Positions 25,192 through 38,020 of a DNA stretch of 64,000 nucleotides are shown here, piece after piece. The stretch lies in NCBI GenBank assembly GCA_000182565.2, contig KQ257453.1, one strand, 5' to 3'. The notes below the pieces were generated by a model. It saw nothing but the letters and a program-made list of their open reading frames with translations, made no database searches and was not told where the DNA came from. The translations under genes and the position numbers were made by a program. The stretch's first letter is position 1. Each line of letters opens with the position of its first letter. Source of the stretch: Spizellomyces punctatus DAOM BR117. Taxonomy: Eukaryota.

Positions 25192-26864
25192 ATGGATAAC
25201 ACAACTATAACAGAGTGGATAGGCCTCCCTGTATACCGTCCGGCCGATCGGCTTCGACTTGTTCATCTTTGGATATCCGTCGTTTTACACTTTGGTTGTG
25301 TTGGGTTGGCGGCTTTCAATTGTGTTCTCTTTTGTCTGTATCCGGACTTGCGCAAGGGGGTTACTAGATGGCATAGCTGGATTGTATTTTCGATTTGTGT
25401 GGTTGATTTTTTCCTGTAAGTCTGTGTTTTGGGCAAAGAGTTGGGAACCTTTCCAGTAAGTAACACTGCTATTACAGAAATATCTTTCAACTCGGTGCAG
25501 TCATTGATCAACTCGCTGCTGGAGGATGGTAAGTTTGTTCGTTGAAAGTGCCAGTTTGAACTGATAGTTGACCGAGTTCTGACTGACTGACTGATGGAAT
25601 ATTATTCATCACCAACCCGAACCAATATAGGCGTTTGTCCGACACTTGGTGTCAGTTCCAAGGATTTACATCCGCTCTGTTCGGTTTCATGTCGTTCAAC
25701 GGAGTTACAATGCTGACGAATGAGCGAACATATACCATTCTGTTGCGAAAGACCTGGACGGGCACGCACACGTTGATTGGGGTACTCTTATCCTATGGAA
25801 GTGCACTTATTTTGGCAGCTCTATACTTTTCTGGGGGAAATCGATATGCCTTGCAGGAGTCTGGAATTTATTGTAGCCCGGATTGTGAGTGCACTGCTAA
25901 TTTGTTCATGTCCGCCAACAAACTAGTCGTAAAATTAACTGGAATTTTCGCTGCTAGACGGCGCTATCCTCCGTCCTCAGCCGCATCCGACTGTCAATAG
26001 AGTAGTCAGCTACTTCCTAGGTGTCATCGCATTTGTCACCTATACCAATATGATATGCACCTACCTCGCAATCTGGATAACTGTCCGAAAAACTGCCCGA
26101 AAATTGGAACGAGTCATAAAGATCAATGCGCCCCGGGACAAGAATGTCGCCAAAAGTGACGGAGTGGCACCTATAAGCCAGGATCAGAATGCCCTCGCAA
26201 CCCTCTCTTCAAAGTCAAACGTTCCTATTGACAAGGAAGAAGAAGAGGATTCAAGACGATATGAGATCCGTGCTGGCGGAGGAGCCAGCGGACAACCGCA
26301 ATCCGGGTCCCAAAAGGAGTCATCCGGAAACGATTCCAGTGACGCAGGAAATAAATTCATGTCGAAAAAGAGAATGACTTTGGAAACAGGTTGCGTATTT
26401 GTAGACCCGATCATCTAAAATTCCACTTTGAGAACTAATCTCTGAATTTTCACAGCCATTGCAATGAAAAGCGCCATTATGATTGGCTGCTACGTACTCA
26501 CCTTTATTGCCACTTCCACCAAAATTATCTATTCGGGAGCTCGTGCAGAACCCATTTCTCGGGAGTGGGACATGATAGCAGCTCTTTTGGCTGTATCTCC
26601 AGGTACGAGACTTTCTTAACTTGATTGCCACCTTGGCACCATAGCTTACCAATGACATTATCAGGTATTGTCAACCCGCTGTGCAACGATATCATGGATG
26701 TACGATGGAGACGAGCAAGTCTGAGCATGCTAGCGGCCATTAGGAGAATACCAGGAAGATTATTGGGCACTCAAGAGCAGTTAGCGGAAACCAAGGAACC
26801 GATACCGACATCGACAAATGTCAGCAGCAGATATTTAGTTCCGGCTGGCGCGAGCCCAAATTGA
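25192..26864 (+). CDS. Rhodopsin-class, opsin-like GPCR (6 exons)
   Basis: Spliced 7TM: TM2 SICVVDFF, TM3 WCQFQGF...LTNERT, ECL2 YALQESGIYCSPD, TM5 CTYLAIW, long ICL3, TM6 IMIGCYVLTF, TM7 AALLAVSPGIVNPL then D-RWR. Confidence 0.8.
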
Positions 26865-29580
26865 TACGAGAGAGATAGATCACAGCCATTATACAGACAA
26901 TCTTTGCCTGTAACATAGTACCTTTACGTCGCTCAAATTAAACATCTGCATGGTGGGAACAGGCTCAGGTTGCTATTATAGCATAGAATAAATAAGCAAT
27001 AACTCTTGATATTGGTTCCACCGTCGTTAGCCCAGCAACTGCGGACTAAACCGACAATTAGATTACCTTATCCTTTGGCATGTAACTTGCATTTTCGAAA
27101 GACTACATGAACAGGTGAAGGTCCATCACTTTACCTCAAGCACAGCCAATGACCATGCACTTCATTATCTGGGAACACTCCCTGTCCTGGATATAAGCTG
27201 CATGTTTGTACAGAATACGCTAGTTCTGAAAAGTGCGGCAATAGCGTATCGCTGGACTACGTAGATCACATAACGATACCAATCGGCCCTAGTTGCTATT
27301 GAACTGAATGTGACATGCGCACTGCTGGTTACAGATACACTATTCGCTCTGCATCCCTTGAATATGTGCCGTTGGTATGTGCTGACGAAATCGCTCTATG
27401 TGCAAAGAAATGTAATTTGATAATTGGTGATCGAGCGCTGGATCATAAAAGCAGCGATTGGGACCAGTGATTGAATTGCGACATTCACAATTACCAACCA
27501 CAGTTCCACATTTAAACGGTTCTCAAGATATTCATCAGTGAGAGAACGCATTTCATTGCGTGCGATTTTCATATTATTTTTTTTTCCATGTGTGAATTCC
27601 ACATGGTTTTTCAAGTACAAATTCCGATAACGCAGCAAACGCGCGAAAGGTGGAAAAGCACATGGAAAGCCACATTCAGTTACTCTGGATCTTTTGCTTC
27701 CGATGGCCATACACACAAATTAATTCAAAGGGCAAGTGTGCGACAGTAAGAGACACTAGGGCTCAGAAACAACCTTTGCATGAATTGACGGATCTTGGCT
27801 TCATGAGCCAAGGATTTCGTTTTTATTTTTGTGAGTAAGGTTCAGCTATAGCTCTTCAAGGTGTGTCACTCTGCATCGTAGTCCCAATGTCTTGTACCCA
27901 GTATCTCCCTGCCATGGGCTCACAACTCCTCGGCCAGCTGTGGTTGTGGCATGATTCACAAAGCCACGAAAATGGCGATACTTTCCAAAATAACGTCAAC
28001 AGACGCCTCCTTGGATCTAGCATAACTCCCCACATCTCGTTTGGACATGGCCGACAACCATCACCCATTTTTTTTTCGCGCTTTGGGATAGCAAAATATT
28101 GCAGAGTATGTTGCAAAGTACATACAGTCACGCACAGAAATTACTCTGCCTCTCTTTTACTGTGTTTTTAAAGCATGTAAAGCGAGTCTGTACTATGTAG
28201 AAAAGCTAGCCAGAGGTGCCAGATGTTAAAGATGCGTCAACACGTGGAGTTACGCTTTGTTCTAGCATGTTTAACGAACGTTCTTTTGGGGAACCGCTGA
28301 GATGGTTTTTCTCGTTGCAGTGTTCTTGGTCAAGTTGGTCATACAAACAGCAGATGCAAACCGAGCATTCGTGTCAACCGCGAAAGGCGGGCTGTGGAAT
28401 GTGTTGTTGCCACCTGCACAAGTCCTCCATTGTTTTGCAGGCAATTGTTGGTTTTTAGGTTCTTACATAATAACTAACAAAATATTTAACAGATAACTAT
28501 CCAGGGCCTTGTCCATTGCTCTTTTAGTTCTGCACGTTGCCCCATTCAATGGAACAGTTGCGTCGGCGTTCGTTGTCGTTTGGTTTGCCATTGTCTTTTT
28601 TCCAAGGGAATTCTAAGCTATACAAGAGCATGACCACATTAAAATGAAATACTTGCGCTGAAAAAAGCCGCATTTCATGATAGAAAAGTAATTAATTGAC
28701 ATACATTACAAGACAATGAGAAGAGAAAGTAAAAAAAGTGTTTTTCGTCTTTGGACAAGAGGGCGTCAAACGCGTTTCGAACCTCCGCATTCTTGTTCTC
28801 TGTTTGGGGGATCTTCAAGACTTTTGAACACTTATGGCGTTTTCTTCCACGGCGCTATACAATCATTGTATATGATCAAGTGTTTGAATACGGTCAAGGC
28901 CATGAATAATTAGTTTTACAGGACTTACCAGCCTTTGTTTTTGACGTACGTACAACAACAGTCACTGCCATTAAAGTTTGTATTGGGGTCTATTCACAAG
29001 AGAACCCCCAAAAGCCTCCCTTTTGAACTTAATTCAGTGAACCATCCTGGCACGACATACACAAACCCTTGTAGATGCGCAATGAATGACATTAACAAAA
29101 ACCCCTAAAATAGAACCCTTACCCGTGTATCGCAGAGTGTGCAGAGTTGAGGGAAGAAAAAGGAACACTTAGGGGGGGGGGGGGGAAATCTTAACCCTGA
29201 CACGGTTTGATGCTTAGCCTCGCGCCCTTTGCGGGTTGCTTTACCCCCCGCCCACATGATTGGTGTGCTATAGTGAGCAAACTAAACGATAGTTCCTTTC
29301 TTTACCCCCCCTTTCTTTTTTTTTTTTTCTTTTTGCCTTTCTTTACCAGGTCAACATTCACAATGTTCGAACAAGTCGTAGCTATTCATGCGGCCCATAT
29401 TACCCTATTATTATTCTAGAGTGACCTTTTTCGTCGCTGATGACTTTCTTCCTTGCGCAAGGGTTAAAGGGCTTGCCCTTTTAAAAAAAACTTATACATA
29501 TGTACGATTGTTTTTGACGAGCCCCGACGGTTTTTTTTTCAAACTGTCTCTGTTCTATCAGATACACACACATTCCCATC

Positions 29581-30756
29581 ATGTCAACACGAACTCGTTT
29601 TGACGGTGAAGTAGAGTTGGTCTGGAATATCACCCACATCTCCTCCCTCGTCTCCATATTTCTCAGTTTGATCGGTGAAGTATACCTTTTTATTCACATA
29701 AGAAGGTACTTTATAGCAAGACGTCGCAATGGCCGCTATACGTCGCCATCACGAAGACCTCCAGCTGTTGTAGCCTTTGCTGCTGCGATCGCCATCTCCG
29801 ACTTTTTGTTCAGTGTTCACCATGGGATTGATCACCTTCACAGTCTCATCACTGGTTACGTAGCCGATGGTGCCCTCTGTGAATGGCTCGGATTCGGCAG
29901 CTTGCTGGGATTAGACTCGACGGCAGTCTGGTCCTTTATGCTCGCTTTATACATGTCTTGCTTGGTGCTCTTTGGTATTCGCTTGGACGATAACGAACGA
30001 AAGGCCTGGACCTTCATGGCTCTGATAGGTTGGGGCGTACCTCTTGTAGCCGGCATCATTGTCTTGTGTCTGGGATTCGTGGACAATGCCGGAATGTTTT
30101 GCATGGTGAACCAAAAGGTTGCCTCTGTGGTCCTCAAGCCGGGTCTCTTTCTCTCAGTCTTTTTCTTCATTGCGCTCTCGTACATTGCCATCGCAGTTAA
30201 ACTATCGATGCACGACCGTGTTCAAAGCTCGTTGTCAGCCGATGTAGATCAACATATCGGCAGTGACCCTTGCCGGGTTGCTCGTCAACAATCAAAACTG
30301 CAGACCAAAATCGGGTTACATCTGCTGCGCTTTACAGTAGTATACGTTCTACAGTTTCTGCCAGTTTGCGTCATCGTGTTCACGACGGCCCTAGGAGGGA
30401 CCCCCAGTCTGACTCTCAACGTATTCGATAAGATACTGGCTAACGGAAACGGATGGATGAACGCAATCGCCTACCGACATTTTGCCATGAGAACGCAAGA
30501 CGACAACAGCGCTTCATCTGAAGTTCCTACAAGAGACGCTGCTGGCAAATTGTCTACGAGGAACAACCCCACCATTGGAGCTACTCGTCTGTCAGAGGAT
30601 CTTCTTGAACCCGTCCCCCCACCAAGAGTCACTTCGTATCCACATGATAAACGACTCCCCACACCCCCAAGCTCCCCCGAAGCGGTTCAGACCCCTCGTT
30701 CGGTTTTAAGCTTGCCTGTAAACGTTGAGCATGCGGACACCAAGCCCCTGTCCTAG
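29581..30756 (+). CDS. cAMP-receptor/Git3-like 7TM GPCR, intronless (391 aa)
   Basis: Seven TMs; AIAISDF in TM2, LCEWLGF in TM3, WSFMLALY, GWGVP in TM4, FC in ECL2, NGWMNAIAY in TM7; Pro-rich tail. Confidence 0.8.
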   Translation: MSTRTRFDGEVELVWNITHISSLVSIFLSLIGEVYLFIHIRRYFIARRRNGRYTSPSRRPPAVVAFAAAIAISDFLFSVHHGIDHLHSLITGYVADGALCEWLGFGSLLGLDSTAVWSFMLALYMSCLVLFGIRLDDNERKAWTFMALIGWGVPLVAGIIVLCLGFVDNAGMFCMVNQKVASVVLKPGLFLSVFFFIALSYIAIAVKLSMHDRVQSSLSADVDQHIGSDPCRVARQQSKLQTKIGLHLLRFTVVYVLQFLPVCVIVFTTALGGTPSLTLNVFDKILANGNGWMNAIAYRHFAMRTQDDNSASSEVPTRDAAGKLSTRNNPTIGATRLSEDLLEPVPPPRVTSYPHDKRLPTPPSSPEAVQTPRSVLSLPVNVEHADTKPLS

Positions 30757-31142
30757 TTGTGATTCGTTGACCTTGTAACACCGTATCCAATAGAGAGCGA
30801 AAAACGGCATCTGTCTAATTTTTTTTTCCTAGCATAGTTCCCTTGGCGCGTTGCGGTCAATCTTTTTTTTTAGTGTTTTGCTTGTAGGCAACTATTCCTA
30901 GTTTTAATATATACTTAATAACCGCAAATAATACGAAAGCTGTAAAGTCGATTGCAGCCTGTACTGCATAATTTTATGATTGTCCTCGTGAACAAGGTAT
31001 GTAGCTGTTCAAGAGGTTTTGTCAAACACAGTAAGCTCTGTAACCAATCTACAGGAGCACACATTATACAAAATGGGATGCAACGTAACATATATTTACA
31101 AGTGAAAAATTATACATGATATTGTGGGGGTTTACTCAAAGT

Positions 31143-31865
31143 CTATCGGGAAAGTGGATGCTGGAGAGCAGATCCTGCCAATCTCCATTGCTCGGCCTCA
31201 GCAGCTAATCGAGCAGCATCATCAAGAACACGCATCCACTGCGCCATGTAAACATGTCGATCTAATGTTGGGATAGAGTTGGAGGAAAAGTCGGATGGGA
31301 ATGAAGCTGCAGATGTTGGTTGTAGGTAGTCCTGTACATGATCCTGATCTTGCTCCTGGCCCGTTGATGGATGAAAAGACGGTTTAGAAGACCAAATGTC
31401 AGAGTATCGTTTGCGTAGAACGACCGTTTTGGGATTTGAAACAGTTAAAGCCGATCGAACTGAGCGTAGTTGTGGAGTAGATGTGGATACGACCATGACT
31501 CCATCTTGAGCCTTTCTGCACAGTGTACAATCACAAGATCCTGTCCATTTGTGAAGAATCGGATGCCGGTTGACTGAAACTTTTGAGTGTGGCACTGGAG
31601 ATGCAGGCGGGGTGAGGAGGGCATGCGATTGGGACGTTGGGATGATGACTGGGGCCAACTTGGGACGAAGGGAGGGTGCTGTATTTTCCTTTTCTGCTAC
31701 AATGACTGGACTCGTTGAAGGACCGTTGGGTGTCGTTCCCAAGTTTGCTCGTCTGCCTTGATCAAGAACAGGCACTGTTTCAGTATCGTCTTCATCTCGT
31801 GCATCCAAGAGCCAGTCATAGCGCCGGGAAACTGGCACGGGCGGTAGGAAGGTATTGGTTTGCAT
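31143..31865 (-). CDS. Hypothetical, largely disordered Pro/Ser-rich protein
   Basis: ~240-aa ORF from MQTNTFLPP; contains KEN, LTPPASP and a C-x-C-x2-C cluster; upstream TAAATA/T-rich promoter-like DNA. Confidence 0.6.
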   Translation of the reverse strand: MQTNTFLPPVPVSRRYDWLLDARDEDDTETVPVLDQGRRANLGTTPNGPSTSPVIVAEKENTAPSLRPKLAPVIIPTSQSHALLTPPASPVPHSKVSVNRHPILHKWTGSCDCTLCRKAQDGVMVVSTSTPQLRSVRSALTVSNPKTVVLRKRYSDIWSSKPSFHPSTGQEQDQDHVQDYLQPTSAASFPSDFSSNSIPTLDRHVYMAQWMRVLDDAARLAAEAEQWRLAGSALQHPLSR

Positions 31866-32788
31866 TTGAAAAATTAAGATGATACTTTTGATGATGAAAG
31901 GAAACGGCCCCCAATACAAGTATTAAGAAACTAGGAGAAGGAACGGAACAAAAGAAATATACACTGGCGCAAAGGGGGTTGACAAAGTGTTCTGTATTTA
32001 TGAAGATTGGAACATTTTCTTTTTTTTCTTTTATGTGAAAACGACCAAGTCCAAAAAGCTCAACAACTATCTACGAGTGTTCAGTTGAAATGGAGAACCG
32101 ATCGCCACCCTTTTCGATGATTGAATAGTGGCTGTTTGGACGAGAGCCTAAAAGATAGAGTTGATGTTTTTTTTTTTTGTTTTGGCGAACTTCAAAGTTG
32201 ATATTAACAACAAGCGGTGAAATTGACTTTTTGTGTATTGGCCACGGTGGTGTGGGCCTGCAGGCGACGACCGCCGCGGCGGAACGCACACCGCGTCTTT
32301 CCAAATGGTAGGATGTTGCAGTCTGCCACTTGGCCCAAAAAAACTAGGAATAATTTGAAAACAAAAGCAAAAGGCCACTTCATTTCATTTTTTTTTTTGT
32401 TAATAAACTTTCAGATGGTTTTGACCACGTTGGGCCACGTTGAAAAGCACACGTTGCCATTTCAAGATGCCCATGTGGGTTGGAAAGCAAGGTTTTTTTA
32501 TTTGATTTTTGAACGCCCAAAGACGAGGATTGCCACACTTGCAATTTATGAGGTCGCTGCTCAGGCTGACTCTAGTTACTACGGAGCATCTCTCGCACTT
32601 GACTTTTCATCGAACGATGTGCTCGGTGGCGGATCAAGCAAAGCATTCAACGGGAACCCCATATGATTCAGTACAATACATACAGTGCACTGCTAGCATA
32701 TTTCACGGCATCTCCAACATCCATAAGGCAAATCTCTATTGGTTACCCAACTCCACTTTGTGAATATCTCAATGTTCGATTCAACTAG

Positions 32789-33161
32789 NNNNNNNNNNNN
32801 NNNNNNNNNNNNNNNNNNNNNNNNNNNNNNNNNNNNNNNNNNNNNNNNNNNNNNNNNNNNNNNNNNNNNNNNNNNNNNNNNNNNNNNNNNNNNNNNNNNN
32901 NNNNNNNNNNNNNNNNNNNNNNNNNNNNNNNNNNNNNNNNNNNNNNNNNNNNNNNNNNNNNNNNNNNNNNNNNNNNNNNNNNNNNNNNNNNNNNNNNNNN
33001 NNNNNNNNNNNNNNNNNNNNNNNNNNNNNNNNNNNNNNNNNNNNNNNNNNNNNNNNNNNNNNNNNNNNNNNNNNNNNNNNNNNNNNNNNNNNNNNNNNNN
33101 NNNNNNNNNNNNNNNNNNNNNNNNNNNNNNNNNNNNNNNNNNNNNNNNNNNNNNNNNNNNN
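32789..33161. other. Assembly gap (373 N)
   Basis: Run of N. Confidence 1.
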
Positions 33162-34797
33162 CTGTGCTTTTTAATTCACCAGTTGATTCAGGCATGTGTT
33201 GCATACGGATGCTGCTGCTCCTAATATTTGTTTAATATGTGCTGATGACTGTCCCACCACATGTCATCACCAAGTATAGCTAGTACACGGAGGCCCGGAT
33301 GGTGGTGGGAGCCCAGAGGTGCAAACCAAGCATGACCCAAGCACGAGGGACGACAAGGGCGACTAAAAGTATTTGCGATAGGGGTGCCCCTGTGCTTTAT
33401 TGCTGCTATGGGGCGGGCGATGAATGCGTCGATAGGAGTGTATACAAGTCCAAGTGTATGCTGTAGCTTCCGATCCAAAGTCACAACTATATAGCACACT
33501 GCGAATCGGAGGGATCGGAGGATCGAACGGAGCTCCCTACGATTCCATATGTATCACCGATACAAAGTATTCGTCTTCTTCAAGAATAGGTTTGCATTAG
33601 AGCCCTCCCGCGCTGAGGAAGGGTTCGCGTGTTCATGGGGGACGGAGGAAGAGGGAGGTTTGATCCAAGAGGTCCAAGATGACGGATGTACATTGACCGC
33701 GCAGGGCAACGTTAGAGCGGGATGTAGCGCTCCTCCTTCGACCAACTCAAAGTTTGTCCAGATTTGGCAGAGTGTCATATGGACTTGTGTTCTTTTGAAT
33801 GGATTCGTTACTCCGATGTGAGTTCACGTTGCTGAATATCCCCTTTGGTACACTGAGTTCTAGTAAATGTCCCCCACTTGATCAAGACTCTGCTGAGCTT
33901 GCCAGTTCAACATGGCGATTAAAGGGGAGCAGGAGCATATCGGTGAATGATTTGTTAATTAAGTGAACGTGGACGGTACAGTCTGGGTATGAAGCGGAGC
34001 AAGCAATTTGCCGAGCGTTATATTGATGGAGAGCATGCTGAACAAAGGATCGTCGTGTAGCAGTATGGCTCGCACTTGTATATACACATCTCAGCTCTGT
34101 CCTAAAGGGACATGCTATTAACAATACTTGGTCGCTGCTGTACCATCCGATGGAATACTACTCTGACCCGTTGTCGTTGGTCGAGAAGACCGATCATTGT
34201 CCCAGCTTTATGGATCAGTCTTTTACCGACAGCGGCCTTTAGGTATTGCCTTTTGCGATTGACGGCGCTGCCTAAACTTTTGCGTGCCATAACCATATAC
34301 TCCTTGAGGTTTCTTTTGGCACGACATTTCTCTCCACATGTACGATTGCTGAGGTCGCCGTTGGAAAATGACGTACTGCTGGCATTTTATGCAACTGGCA
34401 TGACATGAAAGCACATGCCAAGTGGGTCTTTTGATAGATACTTTTACGGATTTGATATTGAGCGTATGAGCCGTCGGATATGGACAGTCCTCATGACAGC
34501 GTCCATGCTGCCTATATCGTATTGCCAAGGACATTTTGCCATCAGGTTTTGATACCATTGCAAATTGTATTGCCGTTGCTGTCTAATATTCGACTTCCGC
34601 TGTAGACCAAGTGTGAAATTGTCCGAATGGATTGGACAGCACATGTGATTTGCCAAAAGAGGCAAATTAGACATGATTCACTGTCTAAAGCTTCCAAGGG
34701 GCGGTATGGAAGAATAATTCCCGTTTGAAATCGCGCGGGGCTGACTGAGGGATTCTGCGAATTCCACCGCATCCGAGTGGGTTTCAAAGTGGAGCCC

Positions 34798-35379
34798 GAT
34801 CAGGGACCAGGAAGCCGGGGACTCTGGGGGTGAAATCAAGGCGGGCGGAAATGTGACTATAGAGGATACGCCACTGCTTGCTGGGTCCAGAGTTAACACC
34901 GACTACCGCACCAATCCGTTCCACCTCAGCATGAAGATGCAGAAACGAGGATGTATCCAGGTTCTGCATCTCAATTGGGAGAAACCACGGTGGTCACCGG
35001 AGGCGCCTCAAACACGAGAGAGAGCCGTGAGGGACAATCGACAGATCAGGAACCAGGAAGCCGGGGGACTCTGGAGGTGAAATCAAGGCGGGCGGAAATG
35101 TGACTCCGAGCGCAGGGCCAAGTGCGGGGCCATCAGGCATAGGGAGGAGGCCTCCTGCCAAAGAGGAGAGGCCCAAGGAGAGGGTTGTGGCGGAGGAGGA
35201 AAGGCCCAAGAAGGGGGGCTTCGGAGTCCGTGGGGTGCTGTATTGCTGGGTCCAGATAACACCGACTACCGCACCAATCCGTTTCACCACAGCATGAAGA
35301 TGCAGAAACGAGGATGTATCCAGGTTCTGCATCTTCATGCTGTGGTGAAGCGGATTGGTGCGGTAGTCGGTGTTAACTC
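34798..35379. repeat. Nested direct repeat plus long hairpin (MITE-like)
   Basis: 34798-34858 recurs at 35044-35105; 34879-34971 recurs at ~35243-35333; 35257-35307 is reverse-complementary to 35325-35375. Confidence 0.9.
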
Positions 35380-35654
35380 AAGAGTACATTTTAGTACTGG
35401 TGCTGGAGATAATTGTAATCATACCTTTATATTATAATTAGATAGGTCGGTCAGTTATACTTCTCTCCTGTAAATTGGAATTATAGGCTACTGGTTTCAC
35501 CCCTCATTATGCCTTCCTTATAATCTTTATTCCTTTCATTCGTGCTATTATAGCTCTCTTCTCTCTCATACAATGGAGAAATTCAGAAGAAGAGAAGCCT
35601 TAAGCCATGGATCAGATGCCAATGATGCAAGTACTAGTCTTATTGATGTATTCA

Positions 35655-35816
35655 TCGGACAAACTGAGGACTGGTTCGATTTCAACTATACTTCCATAGG
35701 ATATAAATAATAGTAAACTGCATCTTGTGTATTTTCAGGTCTTTTGTCAAGTGCGGTGCATGCATATGTTCACACTAGTTAAAACATATTTAGTCTGCCC
35801 ACCCTCCTTGCACGTA
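35655..35816. repeat. Diverged inverted repeat, partner at ~54066-54220
   Basis: TTCCATAGGATATAAATAA...AAACTGCATCTT, TTCACACTAGTT and TATTTAGTCTGCCCACCCTC-TTGCACGTA occur reverse-complemented and colinear at 54066-54220. Confidence 0.85.
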
Positions 35817-37229
35817 TATATCCATTCGAACCGCTAGTCTGGTGAATACATCGATACGACTTGTACCAGAGCTTACTTCCAAATCTTTGAAAGTGTTCCC
35901 TTTTGCAAAGGCAAGTGAGAAGGGTACGTGCAAGTGAGAATGGTACGCCTTGGTTGGAATTGAGCACGATCACCCGCCAGATCGCGCAACAAGGACAGCC
36001 ACGAAGGATTCTTGGCCGGCGGGACCGGTCTCATGATTGCGAGGTCTTCAACACTCGGGAAATCTTGGGGTGCGAAACGACCTAACGTTGGGTTGAACGA
36101 CATTGAAAAAGAGCGGGTAGATTAGCAAAAAAGCAGAAGGGCGTAAAGAACGAGTTTCCAAGATGCTGATAAATGGCAGTTTCTCATAATCTCCGTCGAT
36201 GGGTTCATGGCCCCAAGAGACCTTAGAGCAAGACCTGTACTGCGTGACATCCGGAATGTTTTTTAAGGTTAGAGTTAAAGTTGGGTATCTCATCCCATGT
36301 GCATAGAGATGGATGTTGCAACCATCCACGCTTCTCGGAAGGAGTTTAGCAGTTCCCAATCCTACCTCCTAACAGGCGAAGGGTGGTTGGGTTTTGCCAT
36401 CGAACGTGTAGAGAGGGCGGAATATCCCAATTTGTATCGATGTATTCACCGGATATGTGTGGTTCGAAATGAATTATATGAGTGCATGGATAGCCCATGA
36501 AATACCAGCCAAACTATGTTAAATTGAAAAATGGACTTCCGTTTCATTAAAAGTGATCATTTGTCACATCGCCGAGCATATTCTTTCCTGCTTAATGTGC
36601 TGCTTCTTTATTCCTCATGTAAGTCTGCAGCAGCAGCGAGTCCAAAACAGCGAGTATTCCGAACATCATGGCCCAAATGCGCGCTTTTCAACATGGATGA
36701 CGAGTCGCAGCAACTCGAATGCACTGGGTACACATGAATCAAGGAGGACCAGGCAGGTGCAAGGTGCACCCTTATCGCACTTTGGTGAGTGTTCGAGGAG
36801 AACATACCGCCGTGTCTTAACATTGCAACGTCGCCGCAGAGCGTTTGCTACTATCTCTGACAGTCAGTCCAAATTCAGCGCCTTATTCTTATCCACAAAA
36901 AGGCTGCAAACTACTCGTTCTTTGACAATTCATGTGTCTACCCCTTGTAAATATCTCGATGGGAATTGGTTGTGCACAAAATACCAAATCGCAATTATCC
37001 TATTTGTTGAAACAACCATGCGCTAACTAAACGAGTACAGACTCGTTTCCTCATAGGAAAGTTGATGGTGAGGCTCTTGCAGCTTTGTATATTGAACAAA
37101 AGCTTTGGTCGACATCCCAGTTTGTGCTGTGAAGGCCCTCGGTTTCGGTGATGAACCGTAAGGCCATCCTTCCAGACCATGGCTATTGCTGATCGGACGA
37201 ACTTTTGACTTGCTGCTGACGGCATCAGA

Positions 37230-38020
37230 ACGCCCCTTGATTGGATGAACGCATGTTCACGTGCATGTCCTTCAAGCCAACGCGTTAATCCATCTATCAC
37301 AACCTTCTCCTTCCCCCCGTCATGTCTTTCCTTTAACTCCCGCATGTCGCCAACTATTTCTTTGTCACAGAGTAGTCATGCAGAAACGCCTGTCAGTCGC
37401 TGTTTTCACACATAAAAGGCTGCCATGCCTGTTCTCCCCCGCGTTTACTTTCTTCTCACCACGTCCACGTTGAACAACTCGACAAATCCTTCTCGTTTCT
37501 GCAACGAAGAGAAAACACCAAGTGAGTGAGCAGGCTGAAAGTAGGTGGGCTTCATCATGCTTTTATCGTCAGCTACCTAAGTCGGGCCTTGGCCGTCAGT
37601 CTCTTCTTTGGCGAGTTATGGTGTCTTTCGGGGCAGTCGCTTGCTGGGGCCATAACCATCCTGGGGCTGCGATCCAATGGCATCTTGGCTGAAGTGGGCG
37701 GATAAAGGCGGCTCTGCGATTTGCGGCAATCAGTTTCAGTTTTGGCGGGGTGTGTGTATCTTTCGGGCGCCTATCCACATGAACTATCATCCGTTTACGA
37801 CCAGAGTTTGCTGATGTGAGCTTTGCTGGGGCTGTGACGATTAGTTGACAATCAGTTGATTGGGTATTCACTGCGACTCAAGTATCTTTCGGAAGCTGGG
37901 AACCGTATAGGGTCTTGTACAACGATCAGTCACCTTACTTGGCTGCGAGTTATTACATCTCGCAAGACCTTGCTACGTGGCGAACGCGCAATCAATCTGC
38001 TTTTTGCTAACCTACGCCCT
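37230..38020. repeat. Diverged inverted repeat, partner at ~48095-48735
   Basis: Colinear shared words: TGATTGGATGAACGC, CACGTGCA, ATAAAAGGC, GCTTTTATCGTCAGCT, GTGGGCGGATAAAGGCGGCTCTG, GATGTGAGCTTTGCTGGGGC, GTATCTTTCGG, TCTGCTTTTTGCTAACCTAC. Confidence 0.85.

Noticed and set aside
26900..29500. Short ORFs in the long intergenic region
   Set aside because: No coding-like composition or recognisable motifs; probably regulatory DNA upstream of the GPCR.
32739..33224. ORFs spanning poly-X
   Set aside because: Artefacts of the N gap.
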